Origin: Octopus sinensis
Taxonomy: Eukaryota
NCBI RefSeq assembly: GCF_006345805.1
Contig: NC_042997.1
Coordinates: 158,906,001 to 158,970,000 of the forward strand
DNA: 64,000 nucleotides
Direction: 5' to 3'
Both the position numbers and the translations under genes were made by a program. Positions within the stretch are counted from its first letter, which is position 1, and each line of letters starts with the position of its first letter. The notes under the pieces are model-generated. The model was given only the letters and a program-made list of their open reading frames with translations. It made no database searches and was not told where the DNA came from. Below, piece by piece: positions 12,673 to 30,211 of the stretch.

Positions 12673-13733
12673 TACATACACACACGGGCACGCATGTATG
12701 ATATTTTGATTTAGATAACAATCACCCTGCTCTGCCACGTAGGTCCGCTTTTCAAGTTAAATCTTACATGTGTAAATCGTATTTGTACGAATTCTGTAAA
12801 ATGATTTAACGAACTCGAACCAATATAATGAACTCGCATCACTGGTAGCTTGCTGCTTTTCTACACTACTCTTACATGCGGGGAAATACAAAGATACTAA
12901 ACAACTTTAAAACATCTTTTGATCATAATACATTATAAAACGAAAACTCGGAAAGAATTGATAATTGATAGTTTGAGCAATTTTCGAAGCTTTAATAACG
13001 ATCTATTTCTAGTGCTCCGATTGATAAGCGGAAAGAATTGAGGTTATGTACTTTAATCAAGTTCAGAGTTTGGTCTGTGTTACGAGGTGCAAATATATGA
13101 ATATCAGGCGGTCATGAGATTCAACATTTTCCATTAGAGAAGACATTAGATTTCTAATTCTATGCATAACTTTCAAAGGTTAAATTAAAATTACGCTCAA
13201 CAAATTCTTACTACTCAATAGCTATCAATTATATGGAATTTTAAGCGCATAAAGTATGTCATAAATACGAAATGTAACCTGTAGTTATATCCATTAAATT
13301 CAATTAGCCTTAAACTCGACTCATAACTGTTCATTAACTTTCGGATAATAATTTAACATTCCATTATATTATATATTTCCGACAAGGTGATCTCAATAGA
13401 AATAACTAGATGCTTAATACTGGAATATGTGGTGAACATCACATTATAAATTTGCTAGTAGAAATATAATTGTAGATAACTTTCTGTCTAGTGAGACCAC
13501 TCAATAAATTTGGATGGCATGTACTTTTATATATTTTATTTATTTTATTATCTATTTCGTTTTTTTAATATGCTGGTGCTTTCATTTGTTGTCCATTACC
13601 TTTATTACTGCGTGTACGGTTGAGTGCATATGTGTGCGTGTGTATGCTTATAACACACAATTGAGACACTCCTCCACAAATTTTCTACCAGATGAACTTT
13701 TATTCAATTAATAGTGTACTTGCACGTACGTGG

Positions 13734-13764
<31 letters not shown>

Positions 13765-15584
13765 TGTATGTATGTATTTTGTCCAATAAATTATGTTTGT
13801 ATATTTTTTTTAAATATCAAATTTTATGTCAGACATCTCAAGTGGTTCTGTGGTATAATTTTCAATTTATAATTAGAGCTTTGAATATCTGCGATTTTTC
13901 AGAAATTTGCGCTACATCTGAGGATACGTTGCTGAGAATTTGGCTAACGTATTGATTGCCAGGTTTTGCATTTCAATGACATCAAATGAGAAAGTCGTAG
14001 AGAAAGGAATATACTGGCAGTTCCGGTACCATTAGGCTACCAATGAACACTTTGTTCCCCAGCAATGAAACGATTTCTCTCATGCTAATATAGTTTTCTA
14101 TTGCCTTTCCTCGGTCATTGAAATATTTGCCAATCACATGGTCATTTGAATTGCAGAAAAGTACGATGAACTGTTCTTTTCTACAGAAGTTATTTATTGC
14201 TAGGCAGACTAGATTAAGCTATCATAGAAAGTTATTTGTTTTCCTGCTATACAGTTTTGCGACGGTGATTTGAAATACGCTTCTAATCTCATAAAGCAGA
14301 TGCAGGTAAACATAATTGTTTTCCTTAGAAAGTAATACACACATACTTGTTCGATGCAGAATACTAACGCATAATCTTATCAATTGAGATTCTGCGAATT
14401 TATATTTGTTTATTCATCTTATTCAATTCCCTTAGAAAGGAAAAAAAAAACAGTAACTAATCAATTTCTGGATAGGAAACTAATTCTTAAATTCACCGCA
14501 ACATTAATGTATCTATGATACAGATTTTTCGTCGAAGGAAAGCAAAGCGAATTCACAATGCACCAAATATTTTTTATGTGAATGTTTGTAATAAATCCAT
14601 TACATTATTACGTCAAAACATAACGTGGAAAAAAGAAAAAAAGATTATCAGTGTTTATTGGAAATGCGAATTTTGAGAAATTATATGATTTATTGAAGCA
14701 TATTATCTGAATGCAAATAGTTGATTAGTAACTTCATCAACTGGAATTTCTTGCCGATTGATCAGTACAAGTTAAGGAAGATTTTCTAAATAGTTTGAAC
14801 GCGTGAAAACATGAATAGTAAAAATAAAATTAACTATGATAGAAAGTTATGATTCAATATATTACTGGAAAGTAACCACGGCTAAATAAGACAAGCATAC
14901 AATAAACAGGATTTTCATTAATTAATTAAATCGAACAAAGAAAAGCATCAAGAAAACAGAACAAGCTTCTTCCGTTTATTTATTTATTTATTTATTTATT
15001 TATTTTTCATGGCTGAGGCACAATATGAAATATTATAATCTTTATAGTTTTGACATAGCATTGATTTAAACAGTGGGCTTCTTATCCGTTGTTCATAATA
15101 GATTATCATCATTTCGACGTTTGTATTTATTCATTAATATGGTGTCTCCCAGACTTAGAAGAACTTTGTCGAAGATGACAAAATATTCAATAACATCGTC
15201 ACTGTTTCTTTATAATTCTATACAAATTCCAGCTGCGTTCGTTATATGGTTCTTTAAACATTGAAAACTACAACAAAACAACTTTTAATTTATTCAGTTA
15301 ATAAAGACATTTTGAACTTGCTTTCCTTTTTCTACTCACTGTGTCTTTCTGTTTTAGTTGTTATACAATTATCTTCGGTATGAAATGTGTGGGGGTTAAC
15401 TCTTAAAAAGAAAAAAGCACAGTTTCCGTGAAATGCTCCCAACATCCATTTGTTTCTTTTTTTTTTTGTTATGAACACAATACAACGTCAGTTCTAAATT
15501 TCAGCATAACAGATGACAACACGAATCAAGATATAGACATTAAGTTAGCTATTAGTTATCTTCTATGTTTTATCTTTTACTTGC

Positions 15585-15975
15585 TTCAATCATTAGACTG
15601 CGGCCATGCTGGAGCACCGCTTTGAGTAATTTCTAGTCGAATAATTCGACCCCAGTTTTTCTTTTTAGGACTGATATTTATTCTATCACACCAACACCGA
15701 TTATCAAGTGGTTGTGGGGGGTCATATACGGACACAAAGACACACACACACATAGACAACCAAACAAACACTCACACTCACACACACACACATATATATC
15801 TATATATACGACGGGCTTCTTTCAGTTTCCTTCTGCAAAATCCACTCTCAAGTATTTGCTCGATTTGAGATTATAGCAGACGACACTTGCTCAAGGTACC
15901 ATGCAGCGGGGCTGAACCCAGAACCATGTGGTTAGGAAACAAACTTCTTATCACACAGCTATGCCTTCGCCTATG
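15585..15975 (-). mobile_element. SINE family B
   Basis: Reverse-complement homology to 4450-4845. Confidence 0.8.
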
Positions 15976-17421
15976 TACACAGTCACGTCTAACATTCTAT
16001 TAATCAAACTAACGCTGACAAATGTATGAAAGCAAATTCGTAAAGCCTATAACTTTGATTAGTTTACCATTTATCTTTATTTAACCGTCAGAGAAAGTAT
16101 TACATTTCAAAAAAAGTTAATAGCTTCATATAATCCCATTCTCATTATACTTTTACTGTTGCAGATTTAATTGTAGTTGCCTAGGCATGATAGGCATGCC
16201 ACGCCTTATAATCTCTTATATCTTATATATATATACTCTTATAATCTCAATCTGCCTTTGTTTCTGTTTTTTAATTGAAAGTAGCAAAACATAAAATAAT
16301 GAAAAATGTCGAGAGTTTCAGATTATTTTGATTTTAAAAAAACTACTGAAGTTTCAAGAAACACGTGGAACATGTGCCCGAATAATCAGGTTTGTAAGGT
16401 ACGCTAAAACGAAATAAGAGTGTCGTCGATTGCAAGAAGGATATTTCAACGTAGAAAATTATTCTATGTGGTTATCACTATTTCAACATAATGCATTTAC
16501 AAAATACATTGACGGCTGTCTTCTTCTAGGTTGCGGTAGATTATCACTGCACACCGACCAAAAATTGAAAATTTTCTTTTTGATAATTTAGTATAATCTA
16601 GACATAACTTTTTCTAAATTTGCTTGAACTTTGACATAGAAAACTCTGGATTCTGTACAGCACAAAAACCTGAGTAAACATAGTTATGTTATGTTGTCTA
16701 AATGACAGGCGCTCTAGTCGCTATACTATTGAGTAGCATGTTGAAAGGTTACATTTTTATATTTTGTTACTATACCTATATTATTTCTAGGGCAACAGAA
16801 TTTTTAAATGACCCAGTCCGCTCAAATGTAAGTCAGCATCACAGATAAGTACGACCTGCTGATCGTAAGCAGTAATATCAAGGGGAAATGGAAAACAAGC
16901 GAGGACTTCGTTAGACTGAAATGCTGAGCACAATACCTGTAGATATAGTTTGGAGAGATGAACTCCACCAGCTGATATTTTCGAGAAGCAACGATCAAAC
17001 ATTCTTGTGGTTTTTCTTGATCTATTTAAATTTAGCAGCTCTTTATCAAATGACACACTCATAGGTCTTCGAAACGGAAAGCATATATTGTGTAATGTAA
17101 TTTTAGATAGACACAAAAGATAGGTTGGCCACGGCTGGAATACCACTGACCATAGGTCTTCTCACGTTTGGCATGGTGTTAAACAACAACAATGGCTTAA
17201 AAAGGAAAGTCTTTATGTAACTCTCCAAGAGCCAATGCACACAAAATTTAGCATTTCATCAAAAATAGTGCTTTGATATCGAAAACACGTTACCGTCCCA
17301 GCCTAAATGAGCTTTAAAGGCGCGTTATATTTTTTTAATTAATTAGTACAAGAAACATGTATGCGAAATAAACTTCCGTAACTGTATAAGCATAACCCAT
17401 AGATGTGTGTTTGTGTGTGCA

Positions 17422-17497
<76 letters not shown>

Positions 17498-18486
17498 ACA
17501 CACTCCGATCAGAATGCAATTACGGTTTAAATGATAAAGCTTAGTTGTTGTGTGTTAGACCAACGATCCAAAACTTTAAAAATAACAAACCCTACAAAAC
17601 AAAAAAAAACAGAAGTAAACATTTTCCAGCAGAGATGATAGAAAGTCATCATCTAAGGTCCCTATGGAAATTGACAGGCATAAATCTGAAACAATTTTAG
17701 GCGTATACCGTCACGAGAGAGAAAGAGGGGGAGAGAAAGAAAGAGAGAGAATCCGTGAATTAAGAGCGACGACTATGCATCATTTTTGTAAAACACCTCA
17801 CACCAGTGAATTGATGAGCCGTTTGAACTTTTATATGCAAATGTAAGTTGAGAAAACGTGGGCTGAGTTAAGTGTAAATCTCAGAGGAATGCAATCGAAA
17901 GAGAAAGCATTAGTTAAAATATGAAGCGTAGCTATACAGATGGGATGACATAACGGAAGTGAATTGGGCAGGATGCTATATAAAGTGTTATTTCAGAGAA
18001 AAATCCATTATTGCAGAAAACAGAGTGAAATAGCGTGTTTGTAGGCGGGTGAATATAGGGTGTTGCTGAGTAAATGCTTCCCAGTAAGTCAGAATATTTA
18101 AGTAAAGAAGAGAGTGATGGAAGTGAATTTCCTTGATTCATCTACTTTCTCTGTATTGCGCTTTAAATAGTAAAGATACTTAAAGGAATGTTATAGAATG
18201 ACAACAAAATGCATTCACGAGCATATATCTTCCGGCAAAGTAATTATTGTTTTCTTTTTGTATTGACACAGTGTAACAAAATCTTGTTTGTTTGAATTTT
18301 TGTTTGGTATTCAAAGGATACTTTATTAAACAAGTTCATTTCCATTTTTTACTAGTTTGCTTAATATTCTTTAATTTTAAAATCCATTTCCAAACTAATT
18401 ATTACTGTTGTATACCTATACTGAGTGAAAATTAACTCATATTTTTTTATATGTACAACCTTATAATAAAACAAAAATCAATAGCT

Positions 18487-20770
<2,284 letters not shown>

Positions 20771-21999
20771 GCGAATGTTCATGGTTCAAGTCAAACTGAA
20801 GTCAACGTTCTTCTCTTTCTCATCTTCCTTGCTGTAGATGTTACATAGATGCAAACTTATGAAAATTCTTAATATTCCATATTGAATTAAGGGAGGTATT
20901 ATAGAAGAACAAGGTATAATCGCATGATAATTCGTGACTATAATCTAGTTTTGATTCTTAAAAACGTAACCCTTTCAGTAAAACATTCGTTCTTTTTTTC
21001 CGGGTTCTTTTTTGTGTGTGTTTTGTTAACCAAAGTCAAGATTGTAATAAAACTTTTCGGATCAAAATATACAAGATACTGTATCACTGTACCTTACCTA
21101 CAAAGATGACAATGTCAACCTCGCTGAAATTCGATCTCAGAACGTAAAGAGCCGAAACAAGTAATGCTAAGGATTTTTCTGACACTATCACAATTTTGCC
21201 AGCATGCCAGGCTTTACATGATATACAATAATGAATATAAAACAGATACTGAAAAATAGCAAGTTATTGAGTCATATTAGTAGATACATCTTGTATTAGC
21301 ATGATATTCACACTTCTTTGATGATATGCTAATTACTAGTAGTTCAGAGAGTGATGTGCTAAAATTCTGTTTGATTCAGCAGCATCAGATGTCAATTACT
21401 TTCAACTTCATGCAAGCTCTTAATTAGCCAACGTTATGCATTCGTGTTATTTATCGCATCAAGCAATTCATACACGTAGACATTCTCAATTTATGAACGC
21501 ATCAATTGTTTATAAGACGATTTATGTTACACTGAAATCAGGAACATAGCTTGAAACGTATGGTTCATATGCACAACAGATGGTTGGTCAGCAAAATGCT
21601 ATTATTTAAGTTTGCTCCATAAAATATAATATAGAAATTACTATCGAAAATAAGAGATAATTCTACATGATGTTCTTTTCTTTGTTTGCAAAGGCGCAGT
21701 GGGAAACAGCAAAACAGGCTCGTTCATTCTGTTTCCATGAGCTCCATTATCCAATGTTATGCATCTACAACCGCGAACTAGCAACAAGTTACATAATTAG
21801 TTAAGTGATCTGGTAATACACATAATACAGATAACCGCTGGAGCCATTACCTGACGACCATCCTAAGCAGGTGAGATCCCTATATATGCTAAATCTGAAC
21901 TTGCCGTGTGATATTTTGCCTCGTCAGATTCAATAATGCTACAAGTTTTATGCTGAAGTATTGTACGTGGTTGAAAGCAAAGATTAAAAACATGAGGCA

Positions 22000-22107
22000 G
22001 CAGAACGCATCGAGCCAAGATATTGCATCAAGTTTTGCCAAAAGCTTTGTGATACTCAAATTCAAACTATCCAGATGATTCAGCACACCTTTGGCGATAA
22101 TGCCCAG
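22000..22107 (+). mobile_element. Mariner transposase N-terminal fragment
   Basis: Translates AERIEPRYCIKFCQKLCDTQIQTIQMIQHTFGDNA, typical of the mariner N-terminal HTH. Confidence 0.7.
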
Positions 22108-23834
22108 TGCGCAACTGGCACTAATTTTATGGAACCCAAAATTGATGAATGGTAAAGTCAACCTCGGCGGAATCGGAAGTTGCAATATTAACTTCTATAT
22201 TAACTGGGTCATATATTAACTGTTATCATATTTTAAATCCTATTTCTATTTCCTTTTACTTACGTTGCTATTACCACTGAAATATCATTGAAAAATATAT
22301 TTTCTATTAATCTGAGGCTTTAACCTACGTATATATCATTACTTTACTTTTCTATCAGTTTAATTTCTCTAAATTATAACGAATATATATTTATAATAAT
22401 TCTAGGTGTTTATGTTGATAACATATGCATTTATACACGATTAACATATTAATTATTTTTTAGATTATAAATAAATGTTGTTTTTTTTTTTGCTGCAGAT
22501 TAAGACATATCATGTTTCTACTATGTTATAAAATATATTATTTTCGTTTTGGATTTGAAAAAATAAATATTTCGTTAAGGATTACAAAACATTATCTTGT
22601 CATCAGATTATTGAGCGTTGGTTTTATCTTGTCAGATTAAAATATCAATTCTCAACAACATATGTTGTGGTATAAGAATTCTTCAGTAGGATAATAACAA
22701 GACGTATCAACGTTTTGAGATTCGTTATTGCTGAAACCAGGTTAGAACTGACCGAACTGACCAACAAAATCGTTGTAAACTGAACCATACCGTTCTCTTT
22801 ATATGTCAAACTATAAGTGTACAATATATTCAGGTTTCTTTTTTTAAGGAAGTTGAATGTTATTTGGCCAAACCTTTGCTAATATATATACACCTAACAA
22901 ATCGATCAACCATAAAGAAGCTGTCTTGGTGGTTCATTTTTAGCTTTATCTTATTGTTCTGAGAAGGCGAAAGTTCAATTTTAATTTGATCTTACTTCGT
23001 GACGTCGGGTAACTGAGTGATTTAAGATGTGGCTGATGTGTCAGTTAAGCGTGGTTAAAGAGAGATGATTATAGATTTCTGTGACCATGAGTTACAGAAT
23101 TCTGTCACTTAGCTAGTGAGAAAGAGATGAACTGAAACAAACTCTAGAAACTCGTGGGTCTGAAGAGAAAATGTTTGGCTTTGCAATGCATGATGTGATA
23201 TATAACATGATGTGAACGAGCTGCGAGAAGTAGATTTAAATGAAAAAAAATCAAAATAAGAGAAGGCGTTATAAAGAATAGAAGAAAAGACAGACAAAAA
23301 AGATTCTTGTTTTATTGTGATTCCAATCACATCAAGGAATGTTTAATACGAATTTGAAATCGACACCGACTACTTAACTGATACTTTATTTGGCTTATTG
23401 TCTCATGATGTATAGAATGGCAAAGTTGACTGCAATGGGATGTGAATTCGGAAAATAAAAGGTTGTGACTAACTATCACAGGCCCTTTTTTCCGATGTTC
23501 TACTGATTTTGTCAATGTCTTATTGTTGCTATTTAGTTTTAAGCCAGCCAGATAGAGAAAAAATATGATCACCAACAGTGACATTTTCATGCATTTTTCC
23601 TGCGCAGCTTATAGATTACTACATTATTCAATGTGTCTTTCCATTGACTAACGGTGGACCAAGAATGGGCAACCTCTTTCAAGGAGTGGGCCGCATGAGA
23701 CATGATTATCTTCAGCAGGCCACATTATTAAAAAAGAATTCATGCAAATTTTTCGTTAGGTGCAGACCGACATATTACGTAGAAGCTTTTTTGTGACTGT
23801 TGATGGGGTAGACATAGATATTATGTGAATATGC

Positions 23835-24165
23835 TTCCACAGCCATTATATGTAATTCAGAGCGTAAAACCACCCCACTTTCGTTCAGGAATGACTACGG
23901 GATTTCACCTAGAATGTTACCCTCCTAGGCACATGTCCGGACAAATGTGTTTATGGAAAACCAGCAGTCACCTATGCATACCAGCTTCCCCTCTCCATGC
24001 CACCGATGTTGTCCGAGGCAAAGGCAAAGGCCGATACAGTTTGGCAGCAATGATGTCGCAACTCATTTCTACACCGGAGTGAACTGGAGCAACGTGAAAT
24101 AAAGTGTCTTGCTCACAAACACAACATAAAGCCTGGTCCGAGAATCGAACTCACTGAGCCATGCA
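23835..24165 (-). mobile_element. SINE family D
   Basis: Reverse-complement homology to 34140-34392. Confidence 0.75.
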
Positions 24166-24639
24166 CCTTCATTTACAGCGTACACAAGTAGTAGATATAG
24201 GAAATATATATAGTGCATGTTTGTGCGCGCGTGAGTGCATATGCCTATTACTTCTGTTACTCCGAATACTGTTAGAATTCGAAAAATGTTTGGCTTCAAA
24301 GTTGCTGCTGTCGCAGCAGTTCTTCTTGTTGCTGTTGCTATTGTATCTGTTGCTTTTGTTACTGTTTTACTCTAAGCCACATTTGATCAATCATCTCTTT
24401 CAACAAAGGCATTCAAGCCGTTGCCATCTTGTAATCCCGCCTTTTTGTTTATCCAATGTGTATTTCCATATTTTAAAACGATAGCAAAGAAGATTTGGAT
24501 GCTATCTTTAACAGGTCACTCGACCACGTAGAGGCTCTTTTGCTGATTCATCCAGAATTGGTTGAAGAATGTATTTGTAATGATAGGAATAACAGATGAA
24601 GTAATGATTTAGATCAATTAATTGTTATTTATATATTAC

Positions 24640-24930
24640 TAGTTTCAGTCATTGGACTGCGACCACGCTGGAACACTGCCTTAAAGGCTTATACTCGAAT
24701 CGAACCTACTACTTATGTTTTTAGAGCCTGGTACTCATTATATCGGTCACCTATGCCAAATAGCTACGTTGTGAGGAGGACGACGGACTACCAAATCCAC
24801 CAACCAAGTTTTGGTCAGCCCGGGGCAATAGTAAGACACCGTTGATAAAGTGTCCAAGGTGCCACGCAGTGGAACTGAACCCAGAACCATGGGTTTGGTA
24901 AGCAAACTTCTAAACACACAGACACGCCTA
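24640..24930 (-). mobile_element. SINE family B, internally deleted
   Basis: Homology to the 15585 and 39362 copies. Confidence 0.7.
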
Positions 24931-26229
24931 CACATATTCGTAAATTTATAATTATATTCTGTAAATCGCGATCCTGAAAGATATACAAACCTAGTGGAAG
25001 CTGCAGATTGAGAGTTTATAAGAGATATCTGACAAGAACGAAATATCATTCTTACCATTTAACGTTCAAGACATCCATGGATATTCTGACCAGCTAACGA
25101 GTTCTTGGCACAGTCAGAGGATCAAAGACAATTCTTTACCTAACTGTTGAATATGCATGAGTCGAAATATTCTATGTCAAAAATATCTGAAGTAGTGTCC
25201 TTTGAAGCAAAATCCTCGTGAGGAAAGCTATTACCATGCACTTTAAAAGAAAACGCAGCTTAATACTTGTATACATATTTACACGCACACATGCACATAC
25301 ACAGACTCGTACGCGTACACACAAAACTTCATACACACCCATACACACAAACACACGCACACAAATACATATATATTAATAAACGAAGAAATCAATTACA
25401 TGTTGGAGTAATAATTCCATCACTTATATTCCTTTAGCGCTGGTATTCCTAATGGCGCAATTACAGAATGTAAAGCCACACATTAACCATTCAAAATCAA
25501 GCAAAAACTCTTGAATTTACTTAATTACAGTTGGTATAACGAAAATGTTGATACCAAATAATAAATGACTACAGGAAATGATGATTTTTTTGTGTACTCT
25601 CAAGCTTTCAATGGCTAGAATGTGTAATTCACACAGTAATTACTTTCGTTTCAACACATGATCTCAGATCCAATTATATGCATCTTCCAAATTCTTCATG
25701 GACAAAGAATAAGTAGGTTTTGGAGTAGCCATTTAAGATGCTTGATTACTTGTTTGTTGTTTTCAGTCTGTGTGTATGAATATCTGCATATGTCTGAGTG
25801 TGCGCGTGAGAGTGTATGTGTCTACATAGGGGGTGGGAATACTTACAGAAAGGATAAATTGGGAACATTGTGATTTCAAGTAGTTTGAGTGGTATCTTTG
25901 TCACAAAGGGTTTATTGTTTATTGATTTCTGTATATATAAAAAAAACATTTGCTGTTTGTTGAAAACTAGGACAAAGAACAAATGATTTCTGAACTTGTT
26001 GTTTTGATGACAAGTTTCTCCAGAAATGTCTGTTTACATATTAATTTCAAAAACTGCTAGTGTTAATAATTGAAAAAATATCATTAAATAGTTGATTTGT
26101 TTTTGTTCAAGATATGTGAATGGCTTTTTGGAATGGTCTATATATTTGCGTGGGCGCGTGTGTGGTAATTGTTTAAAGATTTTTTTTTAATTTGTTTTAA
26201 TAACAGCGATGACAACAACATCAGTAATA

Positions 26230-27960
26230 CCTGCTGGTGTTTCGGATCATCTGGAAAAATCATTCTTTCATAATATTTTCTTTCTCTCTATGAGCAGAGT
26301 TTTTATACAGTTACTTAAGGTGTCATAGTTTTCAATGTTTCTTCATTTATGTTTTCTGTCTCGGCATTTTGGATTATCCTTTGAGTATTTATAAAATGAG
26401 AATTTGCTGATTCTGCACATTTCTAGATGTTCACACACTGTAATATTTATTGTCTAATCTGCTGCCTTTGTGTTCTTGTTCTTTCACACAAGCAGTATCT
26501 CGTCTGGTCGAAGTAAATTTTTTGTAGGTGGGAGAGCTTGCGCAACATAACAGATTTCATGTTTTGCAGTTTCCTGTTTGTATTTATTTGGAAACGGTAT
26601 CCATTTGTAAATTTTATATTGCATCCCATCCTCAAACATATTTTTCACCCGCAATCCCTGGTAGTTTTTACGGATGGTTCAGAGTTATACTCTGTCTTGA
26701 ATGCTGCCTTTGTTAGTGGCTGCCTAATGATTTTGTAGGCTGATATTTACTGTTCTTAATACAATTTTGTGTATATAGCTCTCTAATTTTGGACTTTGAA
26801 ATAGGATTGACAGATTTACTTTTATGGTGATAAATATGTTTGTAACTCTTGGATCATTTGTGCTGACAAACGAAATAATATTCTCCACAACTTTTTGTTC
26901 CAACAGTTCTCAGTTGTAAAAGGAATAATCTCTTTGTCTTTTGAATACCGTTGTCTATAAATTTCAAAGGGTAGTTTCGAACCTGTACAAAGTCAAATTT
27001 ACCGTAAATTTCAGCCATCCACTATTGCGCAAATAAATGTTGCCATTTTATAGAGCATATTCTGTTTGATGTGTGAATGATGGCAAGAGCAACAGTTAAA
27101 TACTGTCATAGTGTGTCTGTATTTTTGTGAAATATGTCCGTTATTACTTTGCTTCTATGCAGATGTCTAAAATCGGTAGGTCAATTTGATTGGATTTTGT
27201 TGTGAATTTAATGAGTAAATGAAAAGTGTTTAGAATTTCATAAAATCTTTGAAGTTCATAATTTGAATTGCCTAAAGATAAAGCAGTCATCAGGAAGCAT
27301 TTCCACTTCCCAATAATACACTTTTAAAATTCTCTCCAAATGTTGTCTCTACTTCTTGATATAAGTTTTCTTCTAAGTAAACTATCACCAGGTTAGCATA
27401 TGAGAGTGCAGCTGTTGTGTCCATAGCTATGCCTTTTTCTACCTATTCGTTTTTCCTCCGCAGTTGAATGTGTTTTCTTCCTGTATCAAGTATGTAGCTT
27501 TAATAACGGAGTCCATTTTGAATCGGCTATTTATAATTTTCCCGTCTATCTATTCAGTATCCCGATACTTTAAAGTCCTAAAGTATGTTGTTCACTAGTA
27601 TAGAAGCTACTAACAGCGAAGCTTGTTTAAATAGTTCCTTCTGAGACGTTACATACGACGTGTTTAAGGAAATACATGTCATCTCGAATGCAATTGGGGA
27701 TCAATGTGCATAAGTGTTTGAGAAGTAGAACTAAAGAGTGATCAGATGTTATTTTAGAGATTATTGCCCTACAATTATTGTTTTAATTGTGAAGTCACGT
27801 GGTATTACTGCTTCTATGTACTGAATATCTTGTTTATTTGTGGCTATCAATATTTCCGAGCTTGTAGAGATCTTATGTATTCCATAAAAGTTTATCTCAA
27901 TAATGTTGAAACTGCACAAATGTTCTGAGTATTTATTAATTCTCTAATTTTGCTTATAAT
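26230..27960 (-). mobile_element. Decayed Penelope-like element (RT + GIY-YIG)
   Basis: Minus-strand peptides FYGIHKIS, IPNCIRDDMYFLKH, KGIAMDTTAALSYANLVIVYLEE and DIFHKNTDT are RT-like. QKIYFDQTRYCLCERTRTQRQQIRQ is GIY-YIG-like. Many stops and frameshifts. Confidence 0.8.
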
Positions 27961-28050
27961 ATGTATGTGTGTGTGTATGTTTTCTAGACCTTTCCGTTTC
28001 TTGCTTATAGTTGCTTTTAACTGCTATCTATTCTAATATTTTATCTTTAT

Positions 28051-28590
28051 AAGGCGGCGCAGTGTGACAGAATCGTTAGCAGGCCGGGCGAAATGCTTAG
28101 CAGTATTTCGTCTGCCGTTACGTTCTGAGTTCAAATTCCGCCAAGGTCGACTTTGCCTTTCATCCTTTCGGGATTGATTAAATAAATACCAGTTAGGCAC
28201 TGGGATCGATATAATCGACTTAATCCCTTTGTGTTTAGCCCCCTGTGGGCAATAAAGAAATGCCTAGAGGTATTCCGTCTGTCTTCACGTACTGAGTTCA
28301 AATGCCGCCGGGGTCGAATTTGCCTTTAATCCTTTCGGGGTCGATAAATTAAGTACTGGTGAAACACTCGGATCGATGTAATCGACTAACTCCTACACCA
28401 AAATTTCATGCTTTTTGCTTATAGTAGAAAGGAATATTTTATCTTTATTGTTTCTGACCATAATAACTATTGCCCCCAAACGGCGAGCTGACAGAACAAT
28501 TAGCACACTGGACAAAATGCATAGCTGCATTTCGTCCGTCCCAACGTTCTGAGTTCAAATTCCACGAAGGTCGACTTGGCCTTTCATCCA
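28051..28590 (+). mobile_element. SINE family A copies (28051-28435 with duplicated core; 28480-28590)
   Basis: Same head and body as the 18763 array. Confidence 0.8.
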
Positions 28591-28736
28591 GTTTTTGAAT
28601 AAAAAAAGACAACGATTGAAAGAGTAGCAATGTGAATGATATTCCAGCATGTTCATAAGACTGGGGTGGATGTGTGAAGATTGTGATAGTATATAAATAT
28701 ATATGTGTGTGTGTTATGCATTTGTTTGTGCGTGCA

Positions 28737-28777
<41 letters not shown>

Positions 28778-28779
<2 letters not shown>

Positions 28780-28896
28780 GGGGAGTTTACGAAAAAAAAC
28801 AAAAGACGAAGGCAGGTGGTGTACAAAACAAATAGATATATTAGTATAACGCTCAGGAATAGAAAAAAGTCTTTTACGTTTCGAGCCTTCGCTCTT
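28778..28896 (-). mobile_element. PLE-type repeat fragment between (TA)n tracts, truncated inside a hammerhead
   Basis: Minus strand reads AAGAGC-GAAG-GCUC-GAA-ACGU-A-AAAGAC (28869-28896). The CUGANG half is replaced by (TA)n. Confidence 0.55.
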
Positions 28897-28898
28897 AT

Positions 28899-28944
<46 letters not shown>

Positions 28945-29898
28945 ACACACACACACATACACACATACACACACACATATATTGGGGAAAATACATACCA
29001 CACAATAATGCACAGTGAAAATAGCACGGAATGATTTAGAACAGGAAGTATTTTGCATCTCAAATGGTCTCTGTTGCATTAAGACAATGTTATTTTAATA
29101 CTAACCATAGCAAAGATTTTGAAATAATGTTATAAAAACAGTTTTAGTTTTAAGCTCAAACAGTGAAATAACATTAAATTAGTACCAACTGCAACATACG
29201 TTCATTTTCATTCAAATGACCACATTAAATATAAATCACATTATAATTCTACAACAAAATTACCTTATTACATTGTCAGCTATAGATTATATCATGTTTG
29301 ATATTAATCAAATTTTTATGTTAACCAATGTGTAACGTTTAATATAATAATTCTCGTATGGAGACTGTATATGTCTGTGACTGGGTCAGGAATCAATGTT
29401 GTTAATATAACTGATTTTTTATAGTATACTGTCAAGTCATCGAATTATTTCTATGCTGATGGTATTTTGGTTTTCTTTTTTTTTATTCATTTATTCATGT
29501 ATTTTTTATTGTTATATCTTTGTTTGCCTTCAGTGCTTATAATCAGTAATTACTCATGATAGAAATTAGTGTATCTGATGGTTTCAAATCAATTTTATAG
29601 ACAGAGTAAGAAAAGCGGAACAAAAAATATACGATACAAAAATTGGTGGTGAACCAAATAAATACACATTAAATATCTCTGTGGAACTGAAAACTAATGG
29701 TGGATAAGCATGTATTATCAACTTTTATTATTACTGTATGGAACATCGATAATTCAGCAACATTTCAGTAAAAGTTATTAAAATACATATGCTTACAGAA
29801 CATTAAAATATACAAATACAAACACACATTCACAAATATACTTATACCATTAATCACAGTATACATATACCATTTTGTTGCACACATACTCACACAAA

Positions 29899-29899
29899 C

Positions 29900-29969
<70 letters not shown>

Positions 29970-29986
29970 GTAGATAGATAGATAGG

Positions 29987-30083
<97 letters not shown>

Positions 30084-30085
30084 TG
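29899..30085. repeat. (GATA)n microsatellite
   Basis: Direct reading. Confidence 0.95.
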
Positions 30086-30211
30086 ACAGACAGACATACA
30101 GACGGATAGATAGGTAGATAAATATGATGATGATGATCATGATCATGATTATGATGATGATCATGATCATGATGAGAACATGGAGAACCACACTGATTTT
30201 GAACAGTGGCA

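Noticed and set aside
16540-17330. Higher-complexity block resembling a decayed DNA transposon
   Set aside because: No diagnostic motif or paired TIR could be identified by eye.
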